This document shows positions 1-11,439 of a DNA stretch of 64,000 nucleotides, one piece after another; positions within the stretch are counted from its first letter, which is position 1, and each line of letters starts with the position of its first letter. Made by a program: the position numbers and the translations under genes. The stretch spans positions 558,001 through 622,000 of the forward strand of contig OU015570.1 of the NCBI GenBank assembly GCA_907165135.1. The letters are read 5' to 3'. The notes under the pieces are model-generated. The model did not search any database. It worked only from the letters and a program-made list of their open reading frames with translations, and was not told the DNA's origin. The stretch comes from Oikopleura dioica (Eukaryota; Animalia; Chordata).

Positions 1-339
1 CTTGCTGCCTCTTAAACCCAACGTGTGCTAGCTTCGGCAAATGCGCGTTGCCCATTGTGCCTTTTGTGCATGGATTTCGAGGGGGGGGCGGCAATCGCCA
101 CCGCCGCTCCATAAATACGCAACGACCGACCGGGCGCATCTCAGTAGAGTGCGGCCCGAGTCACCGATTTTATACTCCGTTTTTGCCGCCAAAATCAAGT
201 CAAGAGAATAAACTTGCAGCCAGAGACTTTCCCTCCCAGAGACTCTTCATATTTGCAGGATGTAGCTTAGAGACAGTGAGGTTAGATATTATACAAACTA
301 GCTCGGCAAGGCATTTTGGGGCTGCCATTATTGTCGAAA

Positions 340-1885
340 CTAGAACGTGCTTATATCCACTCCTCTGATTGACACGTTGATTTGAAATTTTTCCTTATTC
401 GGGACACATTCTATCTTCGCTTGATTTCGAGCTAAATCTCCCAGACTTAACAACACGTTTTTGTCGCTGCCTTCGGAGACCCTCGAATTTTTCAAACTAA
501 TTCTAACCCGGTTGCTGAATTTCAACGTGAAAGACACTTTAAATGGAAGGAATTTTAATAACCCCCCTCCAGCAGTTCTGCCCTTGCCGCCAAGTGCATG
601 CGTTACCTTGACTGAACTGCTACCTTTAATTTTATTAAAGAATTCCGTGCTAAGTAGGGAGGACGAGGCACCTGTATCCAGTCGCGTGAATTTTAATTTA
701 TTGTCATTTCCTAAAGCTTTCTCACAATCGGGCAAACAGAAATAAATTTCTAACAGTATTCGTTCGCGCACTCATTCGTCTTGATCTTCTGGGCCCTCTA
801 ATCCCGTTCTTAACGTACCGTTAACGAAGCAAACCTGGGCAAAAATCTCATTTTGCATTGCAAACTCGTCGTATCCATCTCGCTCACCGCTCGTTGACAC
901 GAAATTGAAGTCATCACTCGAATCTGAAGAATACTCAAACTCGTGTCTCAACTAGAGCAGCTCCTCCACGTCCACGTCAGTCTCCAGTACAAAGGCTTTG
1001 TTGCCCCTGACTTGCTTGACACCCTTGCGACGGAAGAAATTATTGAACTTTTTCTTAATATCCTCCCGCTTGAGCTGACCACGTGGTTTATACATCTTAC
1101 TTGGCGCCTCTCTTTTCAGCTTATCCAGATCACGTTTGTTCAAAGTCCGACCCGTGTACGTGGACACCCTGCCGGAGCTCATCTCGACTTTCATGTCTCG
1201 GTTGCTAAGAATTTCCTTCAATTCTACTGCGCCCGAGTTCTGCCGCGGTAAGGCCGCTCGATTTCTCGAATACAACTTGTCCACCTTTTCTCGCGGAGAA
1301 AAATTCTTTCGCATCAACACATTAAGCTCATCGAATTTATCCACTGCATCGCGTGTATCTACCTTGTCTTCATCAATCTCTTCGGGGTTAAAACTTTTCA
1401 CGTGTATCTTCTTAGATCTCACTGCTTTCTGCTGCTCTGAACTGATAAACGCCAGCGTAGATCTAAAGTCGTTCGTGTAGAGATCCAAAACCAACTCCAC
1501 CTGAGTGATTTCTACGTGTCCCACGGCTTTAGTGGCTTTATCAATCTCTGCCAAAAAGATCTTGCTTTCAACGATTATATCACGGTTTATCAAGTCCTAA
1601 AACTCAAGCTTGTGCTTGGTGGCTTTTTTTTCAAAAATACTCTCCCAGCGTTCAGGCTGCAGACCTATCGCACACAGTGCCCACGAAATTGATTCCGCAA
1701 ATGGCCCAAAAAAGTCGGGATCAGTGCAATAGTACTGCAGAAACCTACTTCCCCCCATTGGAGTTCCTCGGGGAAACCTTTCTTAAACAATAGCATTTTA
1801 AGTCATTATCTTCATCATTAGCTTTTTAATGATATCATAAAGTGCATCTGTTTTCACGTGGCTTTACTCGCCCCTTCCCACGACT
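340..1885 (-). pseudogene. Gypsy-like gag C-terminal half and aspartic protease (leftmost unit), broken by stops
   Basis: ORF 340-771 has the protease motif RLDTGASS. Its flank LLEIYFCLPDCEK matches LLQIYFCLPDCEK of ORF 8731-9114. ORF 952-1593 ends in a segment similar to the gag end at about 9050-9100. Confidence 0.75.
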
Positions 1886-1916
1886 CGTAAGAACCGGAGA
1901 AATTTCAGAAAGCGAT

Positions 1917-2251
1917 AAATTGCTCCTGCAGTAACTCAACACCTTCGGATTTCTGACACGTGTAAGCGTTCTAACGTTTATTCTAGTACAGCAGTTTATC
2001 TCAACAAAACAACACGAGTTCTACAGTGTCTCCAGCGGCAACGATAGAGGCCCAAAAAGATGTACACGTGAAAGAAGTTGATGAAGGCAGCTGCGGCGCC
2101 ACGTTACTGAACAAACCTGAATCTCTAAATTAACGTGTTTCACCTCGAGTTCGAACGCTAAGCGTATGAGCAACGGTTGGTGTGGACTCAGCCGACCGTT
2201 CTCGCGCGTAGGTTTTCTTCCTCGGGGCAGGCAAGCCTGGCCAGACAACTA
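1917..2251 (-). repeat. LTR (about 335 bp) of the minus-strand Gypsy-like chain; polypurine tract at 2252-2270
   Basis: About 92% identical by eye to 10339-10550 plus 16568-16721. On the minus strand it is preceded by GGATTAAGGCGGGAGAA. Confidence 0.8.
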
Positions 2252-2279
2252 TTCTCCCGCCTTAATCCTTACGTCTCGC

Positions 2280-3533
2280 CTATTTGACCGAAGTAAACCT
2301 ACCGGAACTATGCTCTAAAATCTCCCACGTCGAGCGCCGCGTTCGTTGAAAGAACCTCTTTTGGCACAAAACCGTGGTAGCTTCCGCGAGCCGGAGCGGG
2401 CCGTTTGTAAGCTCCCTCGCCGCTGAACCCACTAGATGCTGAGCCCCACGAGCGGCCACCGGTGAAGACTTTCTAGTGCTGAGCCCAAGCTGGTAGCGGG
2501 ATTCGTTCAACCACGTCACGATTTTCTTCGATGCTGAACGAAGTTTCTAGGCATCGCAGGCTGCCGTTGGGTCCAACGGTCACGAGTTGAGAAGGGCGAA
2601 GGTGGTCCATTCCTAACACGCGACAAAGCCTAGCCTTCTCGCCCCACTTTGTACCATACTGGATCAGCGTATCCAGCGTCCAGTTTTTCATTTCTTCCAC
2701 CGACTGGATAAAGTCCAGGCCTGCAGCTTGGCTTTTGATCGCCATTTCCGACGTGGTGTCGACCCAGCTCCGCAGCTCGTCCTTTGACGCCTTTTCTCCT
2801 GGCTTTTGTGAGAGCTGATAAATTCGTTAGATCGATGGGAACCCCGCCGGCTTTTTATCAATATCTCCACGTGAATCGATAGCCGTTTCTTTACTAACCC
2901 AGTTTGGGCTGAGAGCGCTAAAGAGGCCCTGCAGATTGACCACGTTATCATTGATCAAATCGTCGGCCACGACTTCACTTGCCATATTCCAAATTGTGGA
3001 CTTTAAGTCCTCACAATTGGCACATTCGTAGAGCTTCATCCTGAATCCCGACGAGGTAAGAATAATAGCCCCCAACCAGCCTTCGGGCGTTTATTAACTG
3101 GTCAATTAAGTCCTGAGACGCCTTCAGCTGGAGTAGGACAAATAGAAGTGTCCGTGTTCGCATGTTCTTCTGAACTTCATCGGTAAGCCCTCATAATTAC
3201 ACGTGTTAAACAGACCTGTTCCTCCACCGTGAAAATCATCTTTTTAGCCTTAGCCATTTTGTCACACAAAACGCGGAGAGCTGCGATGAATTTTTTCACT
3301 TCCGGATCACTTTCGTAAGCCTTCACATCTTCGATTTTTGCAAAAGTGCTGACAAACTGCGACACGGGTACACCACCTTTAAGCTCGTTTCTGGCACGTG
3401 TAGATTCTTCTGATAGTTTCACGTCCCGAGCCAAATCTAACTGTCGGGCCCGTCGTTTCCACTTCTTGGAGTAGACTCCTTCGGGGGCATTTTGTCTAAA
3501 TTTCACGTACTTTATTACTCTCATTTTACTCAA
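2280..3533 (-). pseudogene. Sense accessory ORF cluster of unknown function between integrase and the 3' LTR (ORFs 3177-3533, 2827-3075, 2473-2745)
   Basis: Successive protein-like ORFs separated by stops or frameshifts; no recognisable domain. Confidence 0.4.
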
Positions 3534-3685
3534 AATCTGAGATTTATGTAGAACTAAACACGGGGATACAAGTTAACACGTGTGTTGAATGCCCCGGCTG
3601 GCCGTGTGAATTACTTCTCGTTGATCTCCTCGTTGTCGCCGTCCGGAAATCCTGAAGTTTTACTTTAAATTCTAATACATTTTGA

Positions 3686-4491
3686 TTTAGTGCCTTTCCA
3701 AAACTCTTTCACCGAGAGTTGAGCGGCATCGAGGCGTACTTAAACAACCTCGCCCGACGCCGCCACGTTCATCCAGATCGCCCACGTGACCTTCTTTATC
3801 GCTACGAGTTTGATGCTAGATCCGTGAATCCTCAGCGTGGCACTCGCCGCGCTTACCGCGACGAAAATGTGGCCAATTCCACCTTACTACGTGTTCTCTC
3901 CGACGTACTTGGCGTCAACGTCACCCCAGTACAAATTCAAAATGGGCGAATTCCGAACTTCGAAATCAACGGCCGCCGCGAAGCATTCCGCGCCGAAATC
4001 CGGCTCCCTCAGCATGGAAATACGCACATCAACGTCTACACCCTTTATTGCGAGTACAAATCCGCTGTCAACCGCATTCTTGACGACCAGGACCGCATTT
4101 CACGTGACCATCGCGTGCCGCCGATTTTTGGTGCACCTACTTCGCTACACCACGTTCCGCATCCATGACGGGCATGAGTTGTACCAGTTGTTAACCAGCG
4201 CCTTTCACACGAGGTTGGCGATCCTTCAGTCGGATATTTTCACTACAGTTTTGACCACGCGCCGCCATACTTTGTATTTCTCCTATGGACTATTGCCTTG
4301 CACGGGGTAAATCTTTATTATTATATTTTAAAAAGTCAATAATTAAACATATTAACGCCTTATTTAGCGAGTCCTTTACGCCCGCCGCTGAGGATTCACA
4401 CCGCAAAATTGGCGTCCGCACTCCCTCATCTTTAACCGCTCCACTCTACGTGACCCCGCCAGTGATCAGTCAAACATCTTGCGATGTCTAA
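3686..4491 (+). CDS. Antisense accessory gene of the LTR element; GT-AG intron 4307-4367 and one probable frameshift near 4110-4160
   Basis: Removing the AT-rich 61-nt intron joins ORF 3837-4310 in frame to ORF 4285-4491 (LPCTG-ESFTPAAED). ORF 3719-4168 is open upstream. Confidence 0.55.
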
Positions 4492-4599
4492 CCTCGGTCT
4501 TCGGCCGAGATTTCTTCAATAACAGCGAGCACGGATACCGCGGTAGCCTCGGGAACGACAACAGCAAAGGTAACACGTGATTTGGTCTTCTTCCGCGCT

Positions 4600-6265
4600 A
4601 AAATGAATCAGTACTCGTCCGACTCAATTTCAACGATCTCCCGCGCTTCTTCACGGACCACAATTTGTCGATGATCATGTGCCTGGCCTTGTACTTATTC
4701 CAGTGAACCGAGAAACATTCTTACGTGGCACAGGTATCTTCTTTACCTGTTTATCGGGAGACCTTTCGTATTCCCTTCCAGCAATGAAGGAGTCGTTCCA
4801 CGTGTTTGACGCGTCTTTTTAGGATGAAGCGAGTGTTATTTTTGCGGGAGGAATGTGCTACTTGGGCAGTGTTTACGCCACGCCACGAGTACTCGTGAAA
4901 TCTGGAAGGCTCCGCTTGTTCTACGACTTCTGTCACAAGGGCGGGATCAGATTTCCTGACTTCATCAAGCGACGCACGAATCGTGGCACTGATCTCTATT
5001 TTCCACGTGATATTTTCTCTCACGCCCGTAAGTATTTCTCCTATGGCGGCTTTTCACCACTCTCTTACACATTCAACTACTCCTACATTAAAAATATATC
5101 TAGGCGAGCATCGCGTGATCCCGAAGGGGTCTTTGGAGCTCTACCTCGGAGTCGATCTTATTCATAAGATCATGGATGTGGATACTATGGAGCTCCCCGT
5201 GCTTCCAATTCCTCTCAAGCCCAGATTTGAGACGGTCGACGACGAATCGATCTGGCCCAACGACGAAAAAATTCGAGAGCAGCAGAACGCCCGAGGTCTG
5301 CTTACTCCCCTTGGTGGCTATGGAAGCCTTCGCTATTCCGCTTAATCCTTTCCTGAAGACAACGAAGATTAGGCCAAGGGCCCCATTTCCGCGTGAATTG
5401 ATCTACCCGTGTTTATCTTTCTCCGTTTCTATGATTGGGAAAAGGCAAATTTCTCCAGCCAGCCTTTAAACAACTTTTCACCTTTTGATTTGTTAACTTC
5501 GGAAATGATTGGGACGCTTCGGAAACTCTGCCCAAATCCGCCCCTCATCGTGAATGTAAAATACCACGTGACTCTGAGCATGCACATCCTTCGGCGACGC
5601 CTGAATTTCTCGTGCCGAAATTGCCGGCTACTCGCGCACCTTCTCCTGTTCCTTCCGCGGCTGCTTCCTCCACTCCGATGAAGCCACTTTCTGCTGCTTC
5701 CGGAGTGGATTTCGATGAGAGCCGAATTCCTCTTGCTGAGAGCATGACCTCGGCCATATCTCTGGATCACACCGCTTTTCCTCCTAAATAGGCGGTCGAA
5801 CAACACGAGCCGAAAGTTTCCACGGGAGTCGAGTCTATGTGTTCGCAAGAGAACACCACTGTACTAATGAAAACTATTGACCCATTGATTGATAAAAATG
5901 CTAGCCGACTCTCGGTCATAAGTGAACCTGACGATTCAACTCCTAATTGTTTGCCAATTCTGCCCACTTTCGTGCCTCGTGACCATCTCTATACTCGTTG
6001 GTAATAATCCTGAGCGATCGCACGTGGCGTTTCCTGACCATATTTTAGCTACTCTTTGCCGGATTTACCGCCGAACTTGTTTCCCGAGTTCGAGCTTGAG
6101 GTACTTAAATACTACTCGAGAGGTCCCCTTCTGGTTCACCACGTGTTTGTCGACCTTCGCAAACAAGCTGGCCTCCAGCGCCGAATTCTGCAGCATCCAT
6201 TCTCCCGAGTCAAGCAATTCTTGCTCCATATCGGTTCGAAATGCGCTCGATCCTTTTTATCTTAA
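4600..6265 (+). pseudogene. Further antisense accessory ORFs of unknown function (4853-5167, 5173-5345, about 5600-6003, 6056-6265)
   Basis: Long readable frames interrupted by a few stops, converging on the integrase end at 6320. Confidence 0.4.
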
Positions 6266-6319
6266 TTTTTAAGTCGGACTTTGCATTACTCGCGAATTAG
6301 CCCTCCTTGCAGTTTCGAT

Positions 6320-7900
6320 CTATCCTTTCCACCAACTGTGGATGTTGCTGCCAAAGGATTCACGCCAGCTTTTGCACGTGATCTCCGCGGACTTCTCATG
6401 TGTTACGACGAAGTAGGGATTGAGGTCATTCTTTTGCCATTCCCCTTCTAACAAAATGTAATCACCAACCTTGATTAACTTTTCAAACTCATCGTCGTAA
6501 CTGTCACCTTTTTCGTAAGGATAAAACTTGATCGGCTTTCTCGTGCGTCCCTTCTCCTGGTTCTTTAGGAACGCCTTTCTGCCTCTTTTACGACTCAGCG
6601 CGTCGTAGTCCAAGATCTTTTTCATGTCAATTTTTAGGGGACGGTCAAATTTATCACGTGAAAAATATATCTCGTTTGGGGTATATCCATGCCTGCTCGG
6701 GTTTTCGTTCAACCGAGCCGCTGCTCCAACAGCAATCCGCATGTGTGAATCCTTTTTGGGATCTCCGCCTTCAGGAACATGGTCAATTACTGCACAGGTG
6801 AATCCATCGGCGAAAGATGGTTTTTAGACTTGCTAGTTTTCTCCGGGAGATGAATCTCAATCTTCAAGTCCTTCCACACGTCCCTTGTGGCGATACTTTT
6901 GTTCACACTACACCCGTCAAGAAAAATTCCTATCTTTTTCTCCCGAATCGGCCCCCTCAAGAATTCTCCCACCGCTCTACACAACACTTCCGTGCCTTTG
7001 TCCGCGGTCGTCTCCGAATTCTTGATTGGATACAACTTGGTTAAGCCTGAAATGGCCTCCGAAATCACCCAGAACTTCAGCGTTGTTTCATCGCCGCTAG
7101 GGAAAGAATTCCTCGTGATAACATCCGCAAATAGAACTTGCCCTTATTCCTTGGGAGATTCACCATTATATTCTTTAGAAATCATTTCAATCCTCGCTTG
7201 TTTCCTGAAATAAATTCAACCAGTGCAGCTTCTGTGCATTTTTTCCACTACCTTGTTCAACCCGGCTGACCAAAACATGCATCTCACGTGCTTTTTGAAC
7301 GCGGTAAGCGAGGTGCAATCCGTGACCTTCATCATGTGCCTCACGAGCAGTTCTAAATATTCTAGCGGGACCACAATCGGTTCAACTTTCTTGTCCTCTA
7401 CGAAGAATGCCTGCTTGCACAATAAACAGTTCTTTCCCCCTTTTGTGGACATTTTTTGTCCCAAAATTTTCGAAAAATGTCAAGAAACTTAGGCAACGTC
7501 TTCCGAAAAAATGTCTCTTCGAAATCGCTAAAAATTTTTCTTCGAGATTTGAGTACGCCGAATGGTTTTCTAGACTTTACATGTATGCTGCTGAAAGACT
7601 GACAAAGGCCCCTGTGTCTCTAGTTCAACCTTCAATTTTGTCTTTTTTTTCGTAAAAAATGAACAACTCGATCTTGATTAGCAAGAATAAATCTCAACAC
7701 AAAGAAAATTGTCTTTTATTTCTTTCCGCGAAAAAATGTCTACAAACTTGGAACAGCATCTTTTATAAAGTGTCCCGCTTAAAGGCCTTAAAATGGTAAA
7801 AATGTCCACAAACTTGGGGTCCACAAAAGAGGAAAAAAACTGTACCAACATCGTTCTCAAGACTTTCTCAGGCTCTCCGCGATCCTGTCAACGTAAGGCA
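6320..7900 (-). pseudogene. Gypsy-type integrase (Zn-binding remnant, catalytic core, GPY/F-like tail), interrupted by a MITE
   Basis: HRSCTGC, VLFAD...IFLDG core, LNENPSRHGYTPNEIYFSR (YNxxP..GxTP motif) and NPYFVV. Confidence 0.75.
7427..7842. mobile_element. Tc1/mariner-like MITE, CAGTT..CCTCTTTTGTGGAC family
   Basis: TIRs cagttctttcccccttttgtggac and gtccacaaaagaggaaaaaaactg; same family at 43237 and 55858. Confidence 0.75.
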
Positions 7901-8003
7901 TTTTACCAATCTTGCGCTTCGATTCTATCGCTCTATGCACGTGTCTATCTGTTAATTGCATTTTTCTGATTAGTGGAAAATTCTCTGGGAATTCTTTCAT
8001 TGA

Positions 8004-8573
8004 TTACTTTTTCAGAAACGTGTCTGCCTCCTCGTGAACCTCGCGGGCTTCCTTTATAAAGGAGGTTTCATCTTGCGCTCCGCTCGACTCTTGTAATCTC
8101 TTCGCACGTGCTCTATTAGCCATCATACAAATCTCCTCACTAACTTCTATTGGCTTTAACTCCGTCATTACCGTGGCCTGCCTCAACGTTTGACGGAAAT
8201 CGTTCACGTTCTCAATCATAAAGATACTGTCGAACATCCCAACGCTAACCACGGGTTCCTTGGACTAACACTCTACTTTACCAGCGTGATTCGCGCTCAC
8301 CTTCGATAAGTACCCGTGATAATCAACTTCCACGCACATTCTACAATCCCCATTACAGGGCTTGAGATGGGCCTCCGACCTGGACAGTATGTCCGCCAAG
8401 TCCACTCCCGCAGATCTGCAGCTCTTGTACACGATCTTCACATTGTAAGACATTAACTTCACGAGTCTCTCGTTAATTTTGCAATCCTCTGCCAACTCCT
8501 GGCCGTTCAAGCATCTCTTGTACAACTTTTTCACCGAAATCGAATCCGTGATCACCGTCACCGGTTCATTCAC
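8004..8573 (-). pseudogene. RNase H C-terminal half and linker
   Basis: VTVITDS ... LMSYNVKIVYKS..VDLADILSR, the typical Gypsy RNase H tail. Confidence 0.75.
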
Positions 8574-8574
8574 A

Positions 8575-10180
8575 AGGAGATTTTTACGTTTCTCCGCAAC
8601 CTCAACGTGAAAGAGACCGTGACCGGTAAAAATTTCAATAAATTTCCACCAGCCACTTTTCCTGCCCCTGCACGTGCCTTGTTTATTCTAGTTCCTTTAC
8701 TCAGCGTAATCAAATCAAACAAAAACTCGCTTAACAGGGAACTGAAGCCCCTGTGTCCAACAGCAGCTTAAACCACACGTGTTCATTTTTATTCAAAACC
8801 TTCTCGCAATCAGGCAAGCAAAAATAAATTTGCAATAATCTTCTATCCGGCTCCTTCTTATCGTCACGTGTCGTTTCTTCTACTGTCGCCCTTAAATTAC
8901 AGTCATTAATCTCCCTAATTTTAGCAAATATCTCACCGTCTAATCCGAAGTCTTCATAACCGTCATTATCCTCCAATTTAAGCTCGTTGAGCAGCGCACC
9001 AATGTCCTCACCCGACTCAGAGCCTGAGTACTCGCAGTGAGATCGTAGCGCCAATAACTCGTGAACTCCGACTTCTTCCTGGAGTGTGCTTTCGCTTTCG
9101 GCGAAAATCGCCAAGCGAATTTATATGCCTGCTTCCCGACAACTTGTAAAAACTTTAAGAATTTCAGGTAGTCGTTAGTTCTCGAGTTATCAGCGTAATC
9201 ACGTGTCATAATTTCACCATACTGCTTCAGGTTAGTTACATAACCATTTTTCACATCCTCACGTGAGGTGTCCTCAACGTTGTCACATACGATGGGACAA
9301 ATCTTACGCATCACCACCAGTGCTTCATCTGCAGCGGATGGTCTCCCATCAACCTGCTCAAAATACCGCAGTAGTGGCAGTTCCAAACCCGGGAAAAACG
9401 TATCTTTGAAAGCTCTTTCGCTAACTTCACGGTTCTGGACGGCATTATCCACGAAGCCATCATGAAGTGCGTTAACAGAGCAGTGGCTTAACACCCCACG
9501 ATATCTTCCAGCTACACGCCACTCTTGAACATTGCCAGACCATTAGGAACCGATAACCGGCCCGTCAAGTCAGGCAATGCGCCGAAATTCTCTCCCCATA
9601 GCAGGGACACATTCGAGGGTAACCAGGCCATATAATTCGTTGCAAGGAATTATTCGTCAAAGTGAAAAATTTTGAGCAAGAAGTAAGCCAACTTGTTATG
9701 TTCAGGCTAATTTTTTGATACAAAAACTGATTCAAAGAAACAGCCTAAACCTTACTCAGGTGGCTACGCCCCTGGGACCTCCCCAAAGGTCTAACAAAAG
9801 GGTGGCTTTGCCCTACGGGACCCCTCGTCAGAGCTTTTTTGCCTAACCCTAACCTCTTACCCTAATCCTATACCTTACAAATCATATTAAAACCTAAGGA
9901 ATATCATTATTGCTTCATAAGCTTACCATGGAAATTTAATTAATTATTTTGTGTGATTTACTGATCTGATTTTAGCTCAAAAAGAAAAGGAACACGACGA
10001 ATTATTCGTTTTTTCAACGTAAAATTCGTTGCAACGAATTATTGGGCCGGGGTACCAATTCGAGACCAAGTCGACACTGTCGTCCGCCGCCGTGAAGCAA
10101 AGTGGTACGACTTCTTTCCCGGTATAATATTTCAGCCCCGGAGGACACTGAAACATACCGTTATGATCATACGCGTTCAT
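8575..10180 (-). pseudogene. gag-like ORF and aspartic protease of the middle unit
   Basis: LLDTGAS motif. ORFs 9977-10180 and 8940-9494 match the sibling ORFs at about 17100-17410 and 16719-17075. Confidence 0.7.
9632..10047. mobile_element. About 0.4-kb insertion with palindromic AATTCGTTGCAACGAATT ends and degenerate (CCCTAA)n inside
   Basis: Interrupts gag; the end motif occurs at both sides; cctaaccctaacc at about 9842-9880. Confidence 0.45.
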
Positions 10181-10327
10181 TATAAGGCCAAGTCAACGAC
10201 AAGGTCTCGAGGTTTGAAAAACTGAGTTAAAGTTCGTGCCCGAAACTCTGGTCTAGGAATCAGGTAATCTCTTTCCTTCGCTTCTAGAAGTTTGTTCTCG
10301 GAATCAGGTAATTCCTTCCCAAAGCTT

Positions 10328-10550
10328 CCAGTCACCACTTATTGCTCCTGCAGTAACTCAACATCCTCGGATTTCTTATACGTGTAAGCGTTCTAACGTT
10401 TATTCTAGTACAGCAGTTTAGCTCAACAAAACAACACGAGTTCTCAAGTGTCTCAAGCGGCAACGATGGAGGCCATAGAAGATAAACACGTGAAGGAAGT
10501 TGATGAAGGCAGCTGCGGCGCCACGTTACTGAACAAACCTGAATATGGGT
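10328..10550 (-). repeat. Primer-binding site (TGGTGACTGG, 10328-10337) and the distal part of a shared LTR split by a nested insertion
   Basis: Homologous to 1917-2125; the LTR continues after the insertion at 16568-16721. Confidence 0.8.
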
Positions 10551-11439
10551 TATTGGGTTTTGGACTTTTGACTTATATTTTACCATATAAATCACTTTCA
10601 AGTCCTCAATTATCAACCAAAACCTCGCGCACATTCATGGGTGAATGCGCCCAAATGTACATATTTTACAGGAAACCATCCACCCAACTATTTTTCACAT
10701 GTACAACCGGTTCTTAATTACACTTCTCTCTGCTGCCACATTGCCCATGTCTGGGCTGTTTTCCTCAATAAACTACGCATTTGCAAGCTCTTTGTTTCCC
10801 GAAAGGTTCTTCGCGTCCAAATAAAACAGTCATAAATCCAGTCACCAAACTGGTGACTGAAGTAAAACTTTTTATAAAAGAGATTTGAATTGCCCCCGAA
10901 ACAAAACAAATTTCTACAACAAATAGAGAAGATTTTCTTTCCAGTCTACTACAGCACTGCTAAGCCCTACTACAGTCACCCCGAGCGCGGCTTTCGCCTA
11001 GACGTCTAGTTCATTTCCAGCTTCCGGTTTCGCAGCGGTTTTCCTGTTTGACTTCAGCGGACCAGCAACAATTTTTGCAACTCGTCTTTCTTCCCTCAAC
11101 TCTACATCTTCCAACACTTTGCTTCCCTTCAATTTCAAATCAAGGTACTTTTGCGAAATTTTCTATTTATTTCTTTCATGATTTCGAGATTCTGAAAAGA
11201 AAAGAATAAGTTTTATAAAGACACATAATTTTTATTTCTTAATTGGGATTTGACGGTTAGATAACTATTTCGGATTTTAATTTTTGAAATCTGAAACTTT
11301 ATTTTCTTTCTAGTTTATTTGAATCATTTTAGGTTTTCGAAAATCTATTTCGGTCTTATTATTTTTCATAGCAATGCCAATAAGGGAGTCTTTATTTTTA
11401 TAGCTATCAGAGCTAACTCCTCGGCAAGTTATAGCTTGT

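Noticed and set aside
950-954. TAG after ORF 952-1593 as a programmed readthrough site
   Set aside because: The homologous position in the middle unit is a sense codon (ELLALRSH), so this is more likely a nonsense mutation.
9842-9880. Interstitial telomere or chromosome fusion site
   Set aside because: Only a few degenerate units, embedded in a small insertion.
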